Source: Microthyrium microscopicum (lineage: Eukaryota). From it: a stretch of DNA of 64,000 nucleotides. Below, in pieces: positions 52,529 through 64,000 of this stretch. Where the stretch lies: positions 1,318,722 through 1,382,721 of the forward strand of contig MU004239.1 in NCBI GenBank assembly GCA_010405405.1. The letters run 5' to 3'. The translations under genes and the position numbers were made by a program. The notes under the pieces were generated by a model. That model was not told the DNA's origin, searched no databases, and worked only from the letters and a program-made list of their open reading frames with translations. Position 1 is the first letter of the stretch. The number at the start of each line of letters is the position of its first letter.

Positions 52529-53878
52529 TCACCGTCGCCACTCATGCTCCCATCTTTTCTCTTCCCTTCTATGACCATCCCGATGTCTCTCCCATTGCTT
52601 TTCAGCTAATCCAGCACCCAAAGCGCCCACCACCGCTGCCCCTACAGTCGCCGCTAAATCTCCCTTGCTAACCTGTTTCCCTATAAATCCACCTGCGATT
52701 GCGCCCGCTAGTCCAGCAGTTACATGGTTAAATTTCTTACTATCATGCTTATGTCCACCATCCCGCTCTCGTGAGTGCGCGCGTCGTCGATGGTGGTGAT
52801 GATGGCGCTCTTCATCAGATCCACGGCTCCATGAGCGGCTACGTTGGCGTAGAGCGATCGCAGAGCGTGCGCGTGCAACGGGAGCGCGGCCACGGGGAAG
52901 GAGCTGAGTCTCACGGGGACGGGGATCGTCGGAGTGGGCGCGGATCAGTGGGTATGGTGCATCTGGGGGCATAGCAACGAGGGGTCCAGCTGTCGTTGGG
53001 TAAGGTGGTGACATTGGTAGTGGTGGTGGTGGGTAGATGTGTGTGGTGTCTACTTTGATTTGGGGAGTCGTGGCCTGGAACAGAATTAGCCAGAGGCTCA
53101 GTTAAAATAAGAGAAAGTGAGTGAGAATATATATGACCATAAAGGTTCAGTCTGATGGGTGGAGGAAGCATAAGTCATAGAAGAAACCCCGAAGGGTTTG
53201 TCTCTCTAACCGTATCATCCTGTATAATAATAGACATAAAAACTCTAGCTTCAGGAAGAAACCTACATTGTGATCGTGTCGACTTTCACGAGCCCATTCT
53301 TCTACTTTGTCTTTTTCTGCATAATAACTCCCTCGACTGCCATCTCTTCTCCTACTCCGGTCCCGGCGACGCTCTATAACTATGTCTTCATCACTATAAT
53401 TATCATAGTCGTCTCGTCTGGAACGTCTACGGCTCGAATGACGGCGTTCCTCTTCGTAGCTAGGCATTTCGATGGGTGAAACAGGTCTACTATGACTACC
53501 CTTGGGATTGCGGCTTTGGCTTCGACTCGGCACAGCTTTCTCTGAAATCCAGGGGCCAACTTTGCCGAACTTCTCGTAAATAATGTCGTGATATTTATCC
53601 GTGACGTGAGTAATGGCTTCCAGACCGAGATACTATGTCGCTTGTTGTTAGCACCCTATAGCAAAGGAAAGTAAGAAAAGAAGAGAAGAAAAAGGCGAAG
53701 CAAGCAAACAGGCGACAGTATATAGATGAATATACTAGAGAACAGAAGGCACAAGGTTAAAGGTGTGGAGCTGGGGCAGTGTCATGCATATACTAGCATA
53801 GGATCTATGCGCCGTGTGCAACATCCTTCCCGAGCGTTTAATACTGAGAATACTACTTACAATCAAATCGCCAGCCAT
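52529..53878 (-). CDS. Arg/Ser-rich protein with C-terminal glycine-zipper 2TM-like motif; exons 53878-53861, 53632-53267, 53074-52529
   Basis: Splicing gives MAGDLIYLGLEAITHVTDKYHD..., an RS/RD low-complexity middle and AGLAGAIAGGFIG...ATVGAAVVGALGAGLAEK. Confidence 0.82.
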
Positions 53879-54944
53879 GACCGTATTATCCAATCAACTG
53901 AAGGCAAGTAGAACAGGCAGAATCTCGCAACGTATAGAAGACTCAATACCCTGGCTCGTTGTGCTCTGTCACAAGGCTGAGAGACAGCCAGATGACTTGT
54001 CGTTAGCGCTTCGTGAGGTGTGGTTGGAAGAAAAGTTCTTTGTACCGCTTACACCCGTCCGGGTGAAGAGGCAATCGTCCGCTGATTTAAGAGCTTTACA
54101 GTTACCGCCGGCCTCTAATGTGTCGGTGTACTGTAATGACCGGCTTGCAGGCTTCGCGGGGTGGTAGTCTTTTGATGCGCGAACCATGCATGTCAATGAG
54201 GCTGAGCACCACAACCAGATGACTCCTTCGCCGGTTTGTCTAAGTCGGTCCACCAGAATCACTTCTCCGCTTCGAGAAAGGTTCTAGTGCTTCTAGGGCC
54301 GTTTGAAATGGTGGAGGCGGAGATGTAAATATTGAAATTTGATGCAGATGCTACACCGATAGATCTGGTATGGCTTTATATCGTGCGATCTTTTGGGTGC
54401 TGGCCTACCCCAAGTGAGACAACTCACGAGACCCCGAGGGTCGTGCTGTGCGATCAGGATATGATTGGACTTTCTGAAGTATCAAATGGTCTTGGTGTGC
54501 TGCTTGACTGTCTTGTTCAAGTGAAGCCATGGGCCGATCCGGATGATTCCGAAGCACACATGCACAATGCCACTTACCTGATCATAGTTGGAGTAATTGA
54601 ACGAAGATTATGCATGTCTCTCCGAGTTCCCAGAATGCAGGTATGGGGCCAGAACCCTTCATCGCAATATCGGGTTATGCTAAATTTTGTCGCCGCACCG
54701 GGGAGGCATTTGTCAATTATATCACCACCCAAGTCAATATATAGATTTGTATTTCGCAATATCCCGAGTTCATGTCATGAAGCATTTGCAAGCCTTTGCC
54801 AGTAATCTCTAGATTCAACGAGTATTAGTGAGCCGTGTTGAAGCCTCACCATGTTATCCATGACTGTTGAAGTCATGGGCCAAGAAGGAAATGTAATCAA
54901 GTCACCGGAAACAAATTGATCTTCGACCTTCACACTACGTTTCT

Positions 54945-56541
54945 CTAGTAGTCATCACCTCGAGAGATGATTTCCTTACAATTGGGGCGGAGTAGAACAG
55001 TCTAATTAAGAATTGTATCAGCAGAACTCATAACGTCAGTAAAGATCATACTCACATGCTCAAACTGCGCGACATAGGAGCCAGGAACATCGACTAACGG
55101 TCCATAGGCTTCAACAATACCACTTTGGACAAGCGATCTCATTCCAAGTTGATAATTCTTGACTCCAAGGCGCTCAAGGTAGCGTTTAGCAAAGACCAGA
55201 GTTCCAAAGTTGTCATCAATAGTCTTGAGAAGCGACTTTGCGGTTGCATGATGAAGACCAGCGGTACTGACACCCTCATTTCGCCCATAGCCATAGATTC
55301 CAACATCATCTCTCATGTAGCCTCTTCCAGTAGTTCCAAAAGTCTCAATAGCGAAAACATCACCTTCTTCCATTCGCTGATTTGATCTGGTCTTGACAAA
55401 TGGGACTTGCTTGTCACCATGGATCTTGTAGCGCAGAATGTTGTGGCCACTGAGACTTCGAACTGCTTTGACAGGAATGGTCTTTCCATTGAGCTCGACT
55501 TCATAGCTCTCCATTGCCTCCTGAATGATGCCACTCATGTGATCCATTCGGGCGTCAATGCCAGCTTCCTAGGCACTTGATGAGCAAGATAGGCATCGAA
55601 AAGAAGTCAGAACGCTTACCCTGAGGCCAGTGTTGGTAGCATCCTTAACGGCAGCAAGTAAGTTGCCATAGATTGGATTGGCAGCGACAGTGAAAGCACT
55701 ATCCACAATCCTACCGTTCACATGCACTCCGAAATCAACACTCAGAACATCGTCATTCTGGAGAATAATCTCCTTACCACCCTCATTCGGAGTCCAGTGG
55801 GCCGCAATATTGTTCAAGCAAAGCCCAGTTGGAAAACCCATTCCAGCCTTCAGAGCGTCTCCAGTCTCAAGACCTTGGTGGCCTGTCAATGCGCGAACCC
55901 CTTCTTCAATTTCTAGAGCTAACTTGCTCATTGAGACACCGGGCTTTGCGATCGTCTGAACATGATGGCGGACCTGGCGATGAACTTCGGCAGCTTTGCG
56001 ATAGTCGTTCAAGAATTCATCATCCATGTCGTTCAAGGCAGCTAAGTGACGGATTTCTTCAGCCGTGGTGCGTTGGAGGTTATCATTCTTGTCATAATCA
56101 ACAATTTGACCTTCGGGATATTGCTTATCCTGGAAGACGGTAAGGTTGGCGAGTGCAACTCTTGGAGGAGTAGTCTGCTCGCCACTCGGGGCCTTCTTTT
56201 TCTTCTTCTTCTTGTTGCTCTTGCGCTTCTTCTTTTTGTCTGACAGATTTAGCCTCAACATCCCGAATGCTGGCAACTTTGCTTACCGTTCTTGGGCTGA
56301 TCATGGTTCGAGTCAACTCCAAGGTCACCCCCGTCATCATCGTCTCCATCTTCGTCATCCCCTTCCAGTGTACCATGAAGAAGCCCGCTTGCTGAGGCTG
56401 GTCTTTGCGGATTGACGGCGGCAATCGAGGCCTGTCCAGATGACTCTGTTTATCGCGTCAGAAACCTAGTGCTTGGAGGAGATACAGCGACTCCATACCA
56501 TCTGGGCCTTGACGATGTTCATCGGGAGTCTTGGAGCCCAT
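54945..56541 (-). CDS. MAP2: Methionine aminopeptidase 2 (multi-exon)
   Basis: MGSKTP start, a poly-K tract, [58 protein letters not shown] and a SRGDDY* end. Confidence 0.96.
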
Positions 56542-57057
56542 GGTTGTGCTTGGGATCTAGTCATACGTGTATAAAGTTCCAAGAGTTGGTTGACATCACA
56601 GATGCTGACCGTAAAATGAGGGAAACCCTCGGAGCGGGTTGCCTGCCAAGGTTCGCGAACCATTTGCCTTCAACTTTAGATGCTCTGCTAACCTACACAA
56701 TTAAATCTGTTGGCGCTATGTCATACAAGCAGAGAATTGATGGTATCGAGCAGTTTTGAAAATATGGTAATGAGGCTAAAGCACTATGGAGTTTAGAAGC
56801 CGTGGTTAATCCTCTGTTGTAAGGGCGAAGAGCGCATTCACCGGTTCTGCTCTCAAATTGACAAGCACTGCAATTTTAGCGTCAGCGAAGGACATAGATC
56901 ATCGACAATAAAGCTTAAACCAGATGAGTTTGACGAGACGACACTATAAGTTCCTCCTCATCGTCGACGACATGATATCGGAAATGTCCTACTTCGTATT
57001 GAAATCACACTAATCCTCCATCATGAACCTCTCTATCAACCTGACATCGACTTTTCT

Positions 57058-57786
57058 TCAATAGATACCTCCATCAAACGGTCCAGATCCCATCTGTCTC
57101 GTACCCTTGAGGTTCTCAACATACCCAATCCACCCATTCTCATGCCACTTCCTCCAATCCAGCCCCTCCTGCCCAGCATCAATCGTAGTCGCATTGACAC
57201 TCAAATACGACGGACCCCCCATCCTCTCCTCCCAAGTATCCTTCTTCGGCCTCCATCCTCTGACCACAATCTTCTCTCCCTCCTCCTTCACCACAATAGC
57301 TTCCTCCCTCATTCTCTCCGACAGCAAGCTCTTTTCCAACTCAACATCAGCAACCTCCCACTCCCCCCTTCCGCTGAAGCACCTGACCCCACACTTTGCG
57401 CAGAAATACCACGTATTGCGCCGACCACCACACAGATACTTGCTGACTCCGTCTGATAGCTGTGCGCCGTCGTTGGTGAGGGGTGAAAGGACTACAAAAT
57501 CGTCTGGGCTGTTGCTCGGGCGAGCGTGGAAAATATTGAGCTTCATGCAGGTGCTGCAGTTGCATTTGTAGATCTGTTGGCCGGTTGCCGCAATGAGCTG
57601 CGGTAAGTTGACATCGGATGGCGTAGACTCGGTAGGCATCTGCAGGTAGGTGAGATATTGGATGCGGCCGCAGTGGCAGCTGCCGGTGAAGGGAAGACGT
57701 TTGAAGCTGTCGGCGATGTGTGCGACTTTGGAGGGGTCCTTTTTGTAGGCGACCAATTCGGCCATGAGATCAGAATCGGACACCAT
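57058..57786 (-). CDS. GFA/CENP-V family zinc-binding protein
   Basis: GSCHCG, KCNCSTCMK and YFCAKCGVRCF motifs; intronless, 242 aa. Confidence 0.92.
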   Translation of the reverse strand: MVSDSDLMAELVAYKKDPSKVAHIADSFKRLPFTGSCHCGRIQYLTYLQMPTESTPSDVNLPQLIAATGQQIYKCNCSTCMKLNIFHARPSNSPDDFVVLSPLTNDGAQLSDGVSKYLCGGRRNTWYFCAKCGVRCFSGRGEWEVADVELEKSLLSERMREEAIVVKEEGEKIVVRGWRPKKDTWEERMGGPSYLSVNATTIDAGQEGLDWRKWHENGWIGYVENLKGTRQMGSGPFDGGIY

Positions 57787-58337
57787 GTTGGTTGGTGTAA
57801 ATAAGAATTTGATTGAAATGAAAAGAGGGAATAGGGAGGGGAGGTTTTGTATTTTAAGGTGTGAGGGCGAGTTTGGGAATTGAGGAGCCTTAATGTTATG
57901 ATGTGGTCAAGACGAACTGCAGGAGCTCCCCTGTCCGCATCAACTCCGACGGACACCATTACGGCACGGAGACTCTGTTGTCCCGAAATTTGCTGAACTG
58001 AGTAGAAGTCTGATCTAGGAGAATTGGGTAGTATATAATTCACAAGGGCATAGTAGGAATTAGGGGATGAAAGCAAGAGGTATTGAGCTATGATATACTA
58101 CAGTTGATCCTTTTGGAAGAATCAAGGGCCTACACATGACGGATGCACGAGTAAGTAGTGTTGGTGAGACCGTCCTGATGTGCTATAGGACCGCCTGCGG
58201 AGACGCAATTTGCGCCGGAAGGAATTGCCATCCGTTGTGCAGTGGATGAGGAAGAGGTTCAGCGACCAATAGTATGATGAAGCCGATTGAATGGTGTCTG
58301 ATGTCAAAGAGCAATTTGTCGTAACTTACTGCTTAAC

Positions 58338-59411
58338 CTATGCAGCTGTAAACGCATATCTGGATAATCTTGCCATCTTTTCTTCGGGACTTATCTCGTT
58401 GTCAGAATAAATCATTCTTGTCTTGTCTTTACCCTTGCCCTTCTTTTCTGTTGGCGTTGCTGGTTTTGCGCCTTGGCTTGTCACACTTGCGATCAAATCA
58501 TCAACAGCTGCGGCCGTGCCACCTGGGGCTCCTGGAAATTGTACGCCAGACATGGGAGGAGGTGCAAAGCCTGGCCGTGGTGGTAAACCTGAGCCTGGAG
58601 CTCCACCAGGCAGAGAGCCAGCGAATGGCATAGGGGCTCCTGAAAACGGCGCTTGACCAGGTGGAAAGCCTGGCATAAAGGGCGCGCCACCTGGGGGAGC
58701 AAATCCATTGTGACCTGGAAAGGGAGGCTGTGCGAAAGGAGCTGCAGTAGGCGGAGGTTGTCCAAATGAAGCGGGAATCTGGGAACTGTTAGAAGTGTTT
58801 TTCATTGAAGAACGGTGTGCTTACCACTGGAGGTGCTGGGTCAACAACTGGAAGAGGGAGTGGAGCCTCAGTATTGCCCATAGTAGTATCGCCGTCTAGC
58901 TTTCTTCTCTTCCAGTCTTGAAATCTCTTGGTCAACTCGTCAGGGGTTTCGAGCTTGATTTGCTTGCGCTTGTGTCCTTCACCACTACCAGACATTGGAT
59001 TACCCGTTTTTGCTCTCCGTGCGGCCGCATCTTCATAGTACTGTTGCATAACACGAGTGTTGTGAGTCATAACTACGTCGTCGGGAATACCTTCCATGCC
59101 AAATATCTCGACTTCGAGACCTTGTCTGTTAGGGAGGGCATTTTCAACGGAGGCGAGCTGTTCTTTATGTACTTGATTCATGTGGACGGAAAGACCTTGA
59201 TGAAGATGTTAGGATCTGCGCGATGGTAGACGGTAGCCATGGTCTTACCTCCAGCTGTGTTTAGTCGTCTTCCGCAGCGGTCGCATTTGAAATGCTTTGC
59301 TTTTTGATGAGAGATGAGAATTTTGAGATCGTCAAAGTCGCGTTCACAATAATAGCACCATGGGCGAGCTAGCACATCCTCAACAGAGGGGTGACCCTTT
59401 CTTTTACCCAT
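58338..59411 (-). CDS. C2H2 finger protein, ZNF207/BuGZ-like (two introns)
   Basis: [45 protein letters not shown]...EIFGMEGIP, a P/G-rich tail and [13 protein letters not shown]. Confidence 0.92.
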
Positions 59412-59687
59412 ATTGCTGAAATGGAGAAGGACTGCGATGAATATGGGACTTGGTGGGCGAATGCGCGAGAGTTGAAGAGGCTCATGTTCAAGATGCTCAA
59501 ATGCTGAAGCTAAGGAAGCTCTTGATAGCCGCGCGGTTGCTGGGTCACTGTAAGCGCGGCACCGGATTAACCATTCTCCAGGCGATATTCTTGGCGCTCC
59601 ACCAACGAATCTGCATCATTTCGAATCGAGACCCATCACGAATATTTATCGCCAAAACACTCCAATTTCCACTACACACTCTTCCAA
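59412..59687. promoter_or_regulatory. Short (276 bp) bidirectional promoter region between the BuGZ-like gene and RPL23
   Basis: Divergent start codons at 59411 (-) and 59688 (+). Confidence 0.6.
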
Positions 59688-60323
59688 ATGGCTTCAAAGA
59701 GAGGGTATATTCATCTCTCACATACTCACTTGCGCATAAGCTAACAAATTTTCTAGTCGCGGTGCCTCTGGTACCAAGCTCAAGATGACTCTCGGTCTCC
59801 CAGTGTCCGTACACACCCCCGCCAAACACAATTTACGATTCTGACAATGAAACTAGCGGAGCTATCATGAATTGCTGCGACAACTCGGGCGCTCGTAACC
59901 TGTACATCATCTCCGTCAAGGGCATCGGTGCCCGTCTCAACAGACTTCCCGCTGCCGGTGTTGGAGACATGGTTATGGCTACAGTCAAGAAGGGAAAGCC
60001 TGAGCTACGAAAGAAGGTGCATCCAGCAGTCGTTGTGCGGCAATCGAAACCATGGCGGCGCGCAGATGGTATCTTCCTATACTTCGAGGACAATGCGGGA
60101 GTGGTATGGAAACCCAGAAAAAATTCATGGGTGGGCACATTTGACTAATTGTGGATGTAGATTGTCAATCCGAAGGGCGAAATGAAGGGCTCTGCCATCA
60201 CTGGACCTGTAGGAAAGGAAGCAGCTGAATTGTGGCCGGTAAGATACTGCGCAACCAATGGTCATTTGCAAGTACTAACTCCTGATATAGCGTATCGCCA
60301 GCAACTCTGGTGTTGTGATGTAA
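59688..60323 (+). CDS. RPL23: 60S ribosomal protein L23 (uL14), five exons
   Basis: [98 protein letters not shown]. Confidence 0.98.
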
Positions 60324-60491
60324 ATGCATGCATTGAGGGTGTTCCTTGCGGTCTTCTTTTCTCAGTATCGGCGTCACTTCATACCTCTGCGGACAATAGG
60401 ATGATTATGCGGAAGTAGAAACCAAAAATACCAATATTACCGAAACTGTCATGATCCGTCGAATTCGAGAGTGATATCGTATTATTTACTA

Positions 60492-62075
60492 TCATGCTTT
60501 CCGCCGCGCCGTAGACGGCTTACTCTGCGCTTTACTAGATTTATGCCCAGACGAACTATGCTGTTTTGCCTTTCCCGATGCTTTCCTGTCCCCAGATTTC
60601 GAGTTGACAGATGATCCCAAACGCCCGCTAATGACCCCAGCAAGATATGCGACTCCAACAATCATGACGAGAAGAACAGTGATAATATCCAAAACATGGA
60701 CCGCCCACCAAATATGCTGCACCCCAAACTGACAGTTCTTCACATCAATCTGCCATTTATGCCCACCATCATTCCAATACGCCGACACCAGCGCAGCATT
60801 CCCACCAAAGTCGCCCATCATACTGCGTACCGTCACCTCTCGAATGCCTGGCTGTAAGACATCCGCAACAAGCGCCGTCGTATTCGCTTGTCCCCATCTC
60901 TGTGCATTCCATAGCTCAGTATCTCGATCGATCCAATGGTATACATCGCAGCCCTCATGATCATGCCCAGTGAGGATTATGCCGTCCCGTCCGAGTCCTT
61001 GAGCTGGCGCATCAATGCTGGGATGTAGGCCAAAGAGTCCTTGTAATATGGCATTCCGACCGCTGTCGTAAGATAGGAAATTTTGCTCTCGGATTCCGCC
61101 ACCCTCTTCTTCCTTAAAGTATGAGAATAGTGGTGCATCAGCGCATACGCCTGCTTCCTTGTGGAGTGGAATGTGGGTGAGTAGGATGGTAGTTTCGCGC
61201 GAGTTCCCCACGTCTTTCGCTGATCCCATGGCTCCATTTAGGAAAGATATTGTATCGTGGGCGAGATCTTCCGACAGTTGTGGTTGGTCGAGGTTCATGG
61301 TATTAAGCACGATTAGACGAATCGTTGGACTATCCTCTTCGCTTTCTGTGAGACGGAAGCGGATGTCGCCGTTCACAGGGCCAAATTCGCGCTCGAATCG
61401 TTCAACGCGAGCTTCGTCTATATCACCGGCGTAGCCAATGTCGTGGTTTCCGGGAACGTTGAATATCCATTTTGACCAGTTGTCGTCTGCTCCGAGAACC
61501 TCCTCATGGACAGCGGCCCCATCTTCGTGTGTGAGGCGGTCTAGGGGCACTTTGCTGCTTCCTTTGAAGACTCTGTGCCAGAAACGCCAGCTCCGACGCT
61601 CGAATTCTTCATCACGGATCCATTGGCTGCCTAATAAGTCACCTAGTACTGTGACATGCGTGGGCTTGGTATACCAGTATAAGGTGCGGTAGATGTGGGC
61701 GAGGTAGTAGTCGTTGCCTATCAGATCAAGATGCTTCCGAAAGTATTGAACCTGATATCTTGGGATCGCTAGCGTGCTCGTAATGAAGTTGCGAATCTGA
61801 CTCTTGAGGGCTGTTGGATCGCGTTCCCGAAGAGAGGTCAACGCACGGTTGAAATCAAGCGGTATGTATACAGGCTTCGGTGGTAGTGACGTGTCTCCTT
61901 CGAGTTGAGGATCACCAAAGGTCAAGAGTCGAAAAGGAGCTGGCTCGTTTCCTCTTGCAGGTCGCGCAAAGGAACAGTTGCGCCAAACGGGGTAGAAGTA
62001 GATGTAGAGGTTGCTGATGGCGACAACTGGTAGGAGTACTAAGAGAATGCGAGACAGAAAGGCAGAGACCGACAT
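60492..62075 (-). CDS. TED1: Ted1/Cdc1-like (MPPE1 family) membrane metallophosphoesterase
   Basis: FRLLTFGDPQLEGD, DL.GNDYYL, LGDLLGSQWI.DEEF, GNHDIGY, LLTHIPL, GHDHEGC and EVTVRSMMGDFGGN, with N- and C-terminal TM helices. The start is taken at MSVSAFLSR. Confidence 0.9.
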   Translation of the reverse strand: MSVSAFLSRILLVLLPVVAISNLYIYFYPVWRNCSFARPARGNEPAPFRLLTFGDPQLEGDTSLPPKPVYIPLDFNRALTSLRERDPTALKSQIRNFITSTLAIPRYQVQYFRKHLDLIGNDYYLAHIYRTLYWYTKPTHVTVLGDLLGSQWIRDEEFERRSWRFWHRVFKGSSKVPLDRLTHEDGAAVHEEVLGADDNWSKWIFNVPGNHDIGYAGDIDEARVERFEREFGPVNGDIRFRLTESEEDSPTIRLIVLNTMNLDQPQLSEDLAHDTISFLNGAMGSAKDVGNSRETTILLTHIPLHKEAGVCADAPLFSYFKEEEGGGIREQNFLSYDSGRNAILQGLFGLHPSIDAPAQGLGRDGIILTGHDHEGCDVYHWIDRDTELWNAQRWGQANTTALVADVLQPGIREVTVRSMMGDFGGNAALVSAYWNDGGHKWQIDVKNCQFGVQHIWWAVHVLDIITVLLVMIVGVAYLAGVISGRLGSSVNSKSGDRKASGKAKQHSSSGHKSSKAQSKPSTARRKA

Positions 62076-63021
62076 ATGGAAGGGAATGACATTATCTAAT
62101 GCGATGAAGAGGGGAAGAAGGGTGGTAAGCGCGTTGAGGAGATGACTCGTGGTGATGGACAAAATGATCAGATGCGAAAGAAGGAAGCACGTTGTAAACA
62201 AGGGCATTTTGTGCGCGCTAACTTTGGCGATGATCGGCCAAACTTTAGCGGCTCTCTTCACTACTTCATCCTATTATTTAGTACTCTATTGCTCACTCCT
62301 TTTCATCATTAACATTGCCGCTTTGAAAATATCTCTGAGCATTATCAAGGCTACAAGGGCCCTCATCAAACAATCAAGCACTACTATACCACGTCATACG
62401 CAAAAGGCAGTATCAGCAATGTGTACCTGCTCACTGAAAAACTCTACAGGACGACTACCTCTAGATGATCTTACCACGAGCAGGGAGGAATTGTTTATTT
62501 TGCGGGCCAGCTAAAGGATGGAGCTTTCGATATATGAGTTGATTAGCTTCCTTCCTAATCTGTCTATTTTGACAGGGCAGGCTATGGAATCTACTGCACC
62601 GAATGCTGCCATTGCAGGTGGTGGGAACCTAATGACATTGCTCTGAGTACATGTAGTACTTACTGATACTGATTTGCAAAGAGCCATGGAAAAACAGCAA
62701 GACACTTCATTTATGGTTTGACGCGTAAAAGGTCCAATTTCAATACTCTATGCTGCTATGCACCACCGACGCAATGGATTTGGTGATTGCCAATCATACA
62801 GTCTTGTGCCTCGATAATCCTTGCCCTTCTTCCGCCAACCCATCAGTTCCTTGATTTCCACGCGACTTGACTGCGCTATCTTATGCGTTTCAGCCTGCGA
62901 AGCCGTTTGATTCTGCAAGCCAAGCAGACTAGTATTACTTTATGTTCAATCTCCCGTTAGCTTTTGCTCACCATGACCTTTGGTGTCTCTGTTCTGATAG
63001 TGTTTGCTAATCATTGTGACC

Positions 63022-64000
63022 ATGCGTGTACCATGGCGAAAGAAGGGGAGCTCAGGACCTCGACCTCCAGGACTCCTACGGAGGATATTTCACCGAGCAC
63101 GCAAAGAAAAAGCTGGGAAGGAAGAGAAGATCGACGTTAAAAATGGCAATGTCCAATCTGTAGAGAAAGAGAAGCCGGTGGAGAGCCAGACTGCTAAGGC
63201 TCCGGTTACGTCTTCCCCAGAGGCAGAGGAGCAGCCCAGTACTTTCAATGACGAAAAAGTTGAGCAGATCTTCTCAGGAGCGCCCAAGTTTGGAATGGAT
63301 GCAGAAGATGCCGTTATTGGGGTCTTTCCCTACGCTGAAGAGCTACGGATTCGTGATGCAAGCGACTGCGTTGCTATTGCCCATCCCGCCTTTTCAGCCT
63401 GTACGGCAAAAAGGCATATGGTACCTGGTTCCAAAGACAGCAAAGCCGTAAAAGAGTACCAAATCGGAGTCTGGGAAGTACCTAACATGCTGAAGGCAAC
63501 TGGAAGAGAGCCTGGTACAGTTGGCTACGATTACTTCTTGGAGGAGCCCATATCAGACGCTAGTGGAGAGCAGAGTAAAGAAACTGCAGCAGACGGCGGA
63601 TTCGACGCTTTTGAAAACATCAATCTTCTCAATTCTGCACCAGAACGACTGGGACTGCGCAAGTTCGACCTCGAAGCCGTAGGAAACCGGCTTTCTGAGC
63701 TCGCTGCAATCTACGGCGAGTACCGCAGCACCAAAGGAAAGATACATCTTCTCAAAAAGCAAACACCTAAAGAGCTATACACAAAATTGTTCACACAGAT
63801 TCTTTCACCACCGCGACAAAATTCGATCGTCAAGGATCCTAACAGCGTGAAAGGACAAATACAGACCTTGGTTACTCTACTGAATCTCAAGTCTATCTGG
63901 TATGACTTTAGCTCTCCGGAATGGAGAATTCGAGCTGGCCAAGTTCTGTGGACAGCTGTTCCATCTGATAACTCAATAGATCCTCAGAGTGATGAAGATG
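63022..64000 (+). CDS. Conserved fungal hypothetical protein, 5' part (runs off the window)
   Basis: Open frame from the ATG at 63022 (MRVPWRKK...) to the window end, with FSGAP.F, HPAFSACT, EVPNML..GREPGTVGYDYFL and WYDFS.PEWRIRAGQVLW. Confidence 0.8.
   Translation, partial: MRVPWRKKGSSGPRPPGLLRRIFHRARKEKAGKEEKIDVKNGNVQSVEKEKPVESQTAKAPVTSSPEAEEQPSTFNDEKVEQIFSGAPKFGMDAEDAVIGVFPYAEELRIRDASDCVAIAHPAFSACTAKRHMVPGSKDSKAVKEYQIGVWEVPNMLKATGREPGTVGYDYFLEEPISDASGEQSKETAADGGFDAFENINLLNSAPERLGLRKFDLEAVGNRLSELAAIYGEYRSTKGKIHLLKKQTPKELYTKLFTQILSPPRQNSIVKDPNSVKGQIQTLVTLLNLKSIWYDFSSPEWRIRAGQVLWTAVPSDNSIDPQSDED

Noticed and set aside
62076..62261. N-terminal extension of the 589-aa TED1 ORF
   Set aside because: It begins at a non-ATG codon, and family-like sequence starts at MSVSAF (62075). 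An upstream ATG start cannot be fully excluded.
1..64000. tRNA, rRNA or snoRNA genes
   Set aside because: None recognised by eye; the GGTTCGA matches noticed fall inside CDSs. tRNAscan-SE and Infernal would be needed to exclude them.

Overview
Fungal (intron-containing ascomycete, most likely a Dothideomycete such as Venturia; inferred from gene content) genomic window. Bases 1-10983 are an AT-rich block of RIP-mutated nested transposons: the end of a hAT-like element, and a probable TIR DNA element carrying a full-length Ty3/Gypsy chromovirus (202-bp LTRs, ATATG target duplication). Next come a cysteine-rich small secreted protein, a secreted GDSL/CE16 esterase, an F-box-like/UBA protein, PEX3, a GT8-like protein lacking its DxD motif, an intact stand-alone Copia-Gag-like gene and TUP1/rco-1. 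A ~21 kb gene-poor stretch then holds only the AZF1-like zinc-finger gene and a RIPped 3.35-kb Tc1 (DD34E) element with a second ORF. The last part is gene-dense: a predicted secreted protein with a full PHM/DBH-type two-copper ligand set, a glycine-zipper protein, MetAP2, a GFA/CENP-V protein, a BuGZ-like protein, RPL23, a TED1-like phosphoesterase and a partial conserved gene. The strongest leads are the PHM-like copper protein, the Gag-like gene and the two-ORF Tc1 element. All family assignments are from motifs read by eye; no searches were run.
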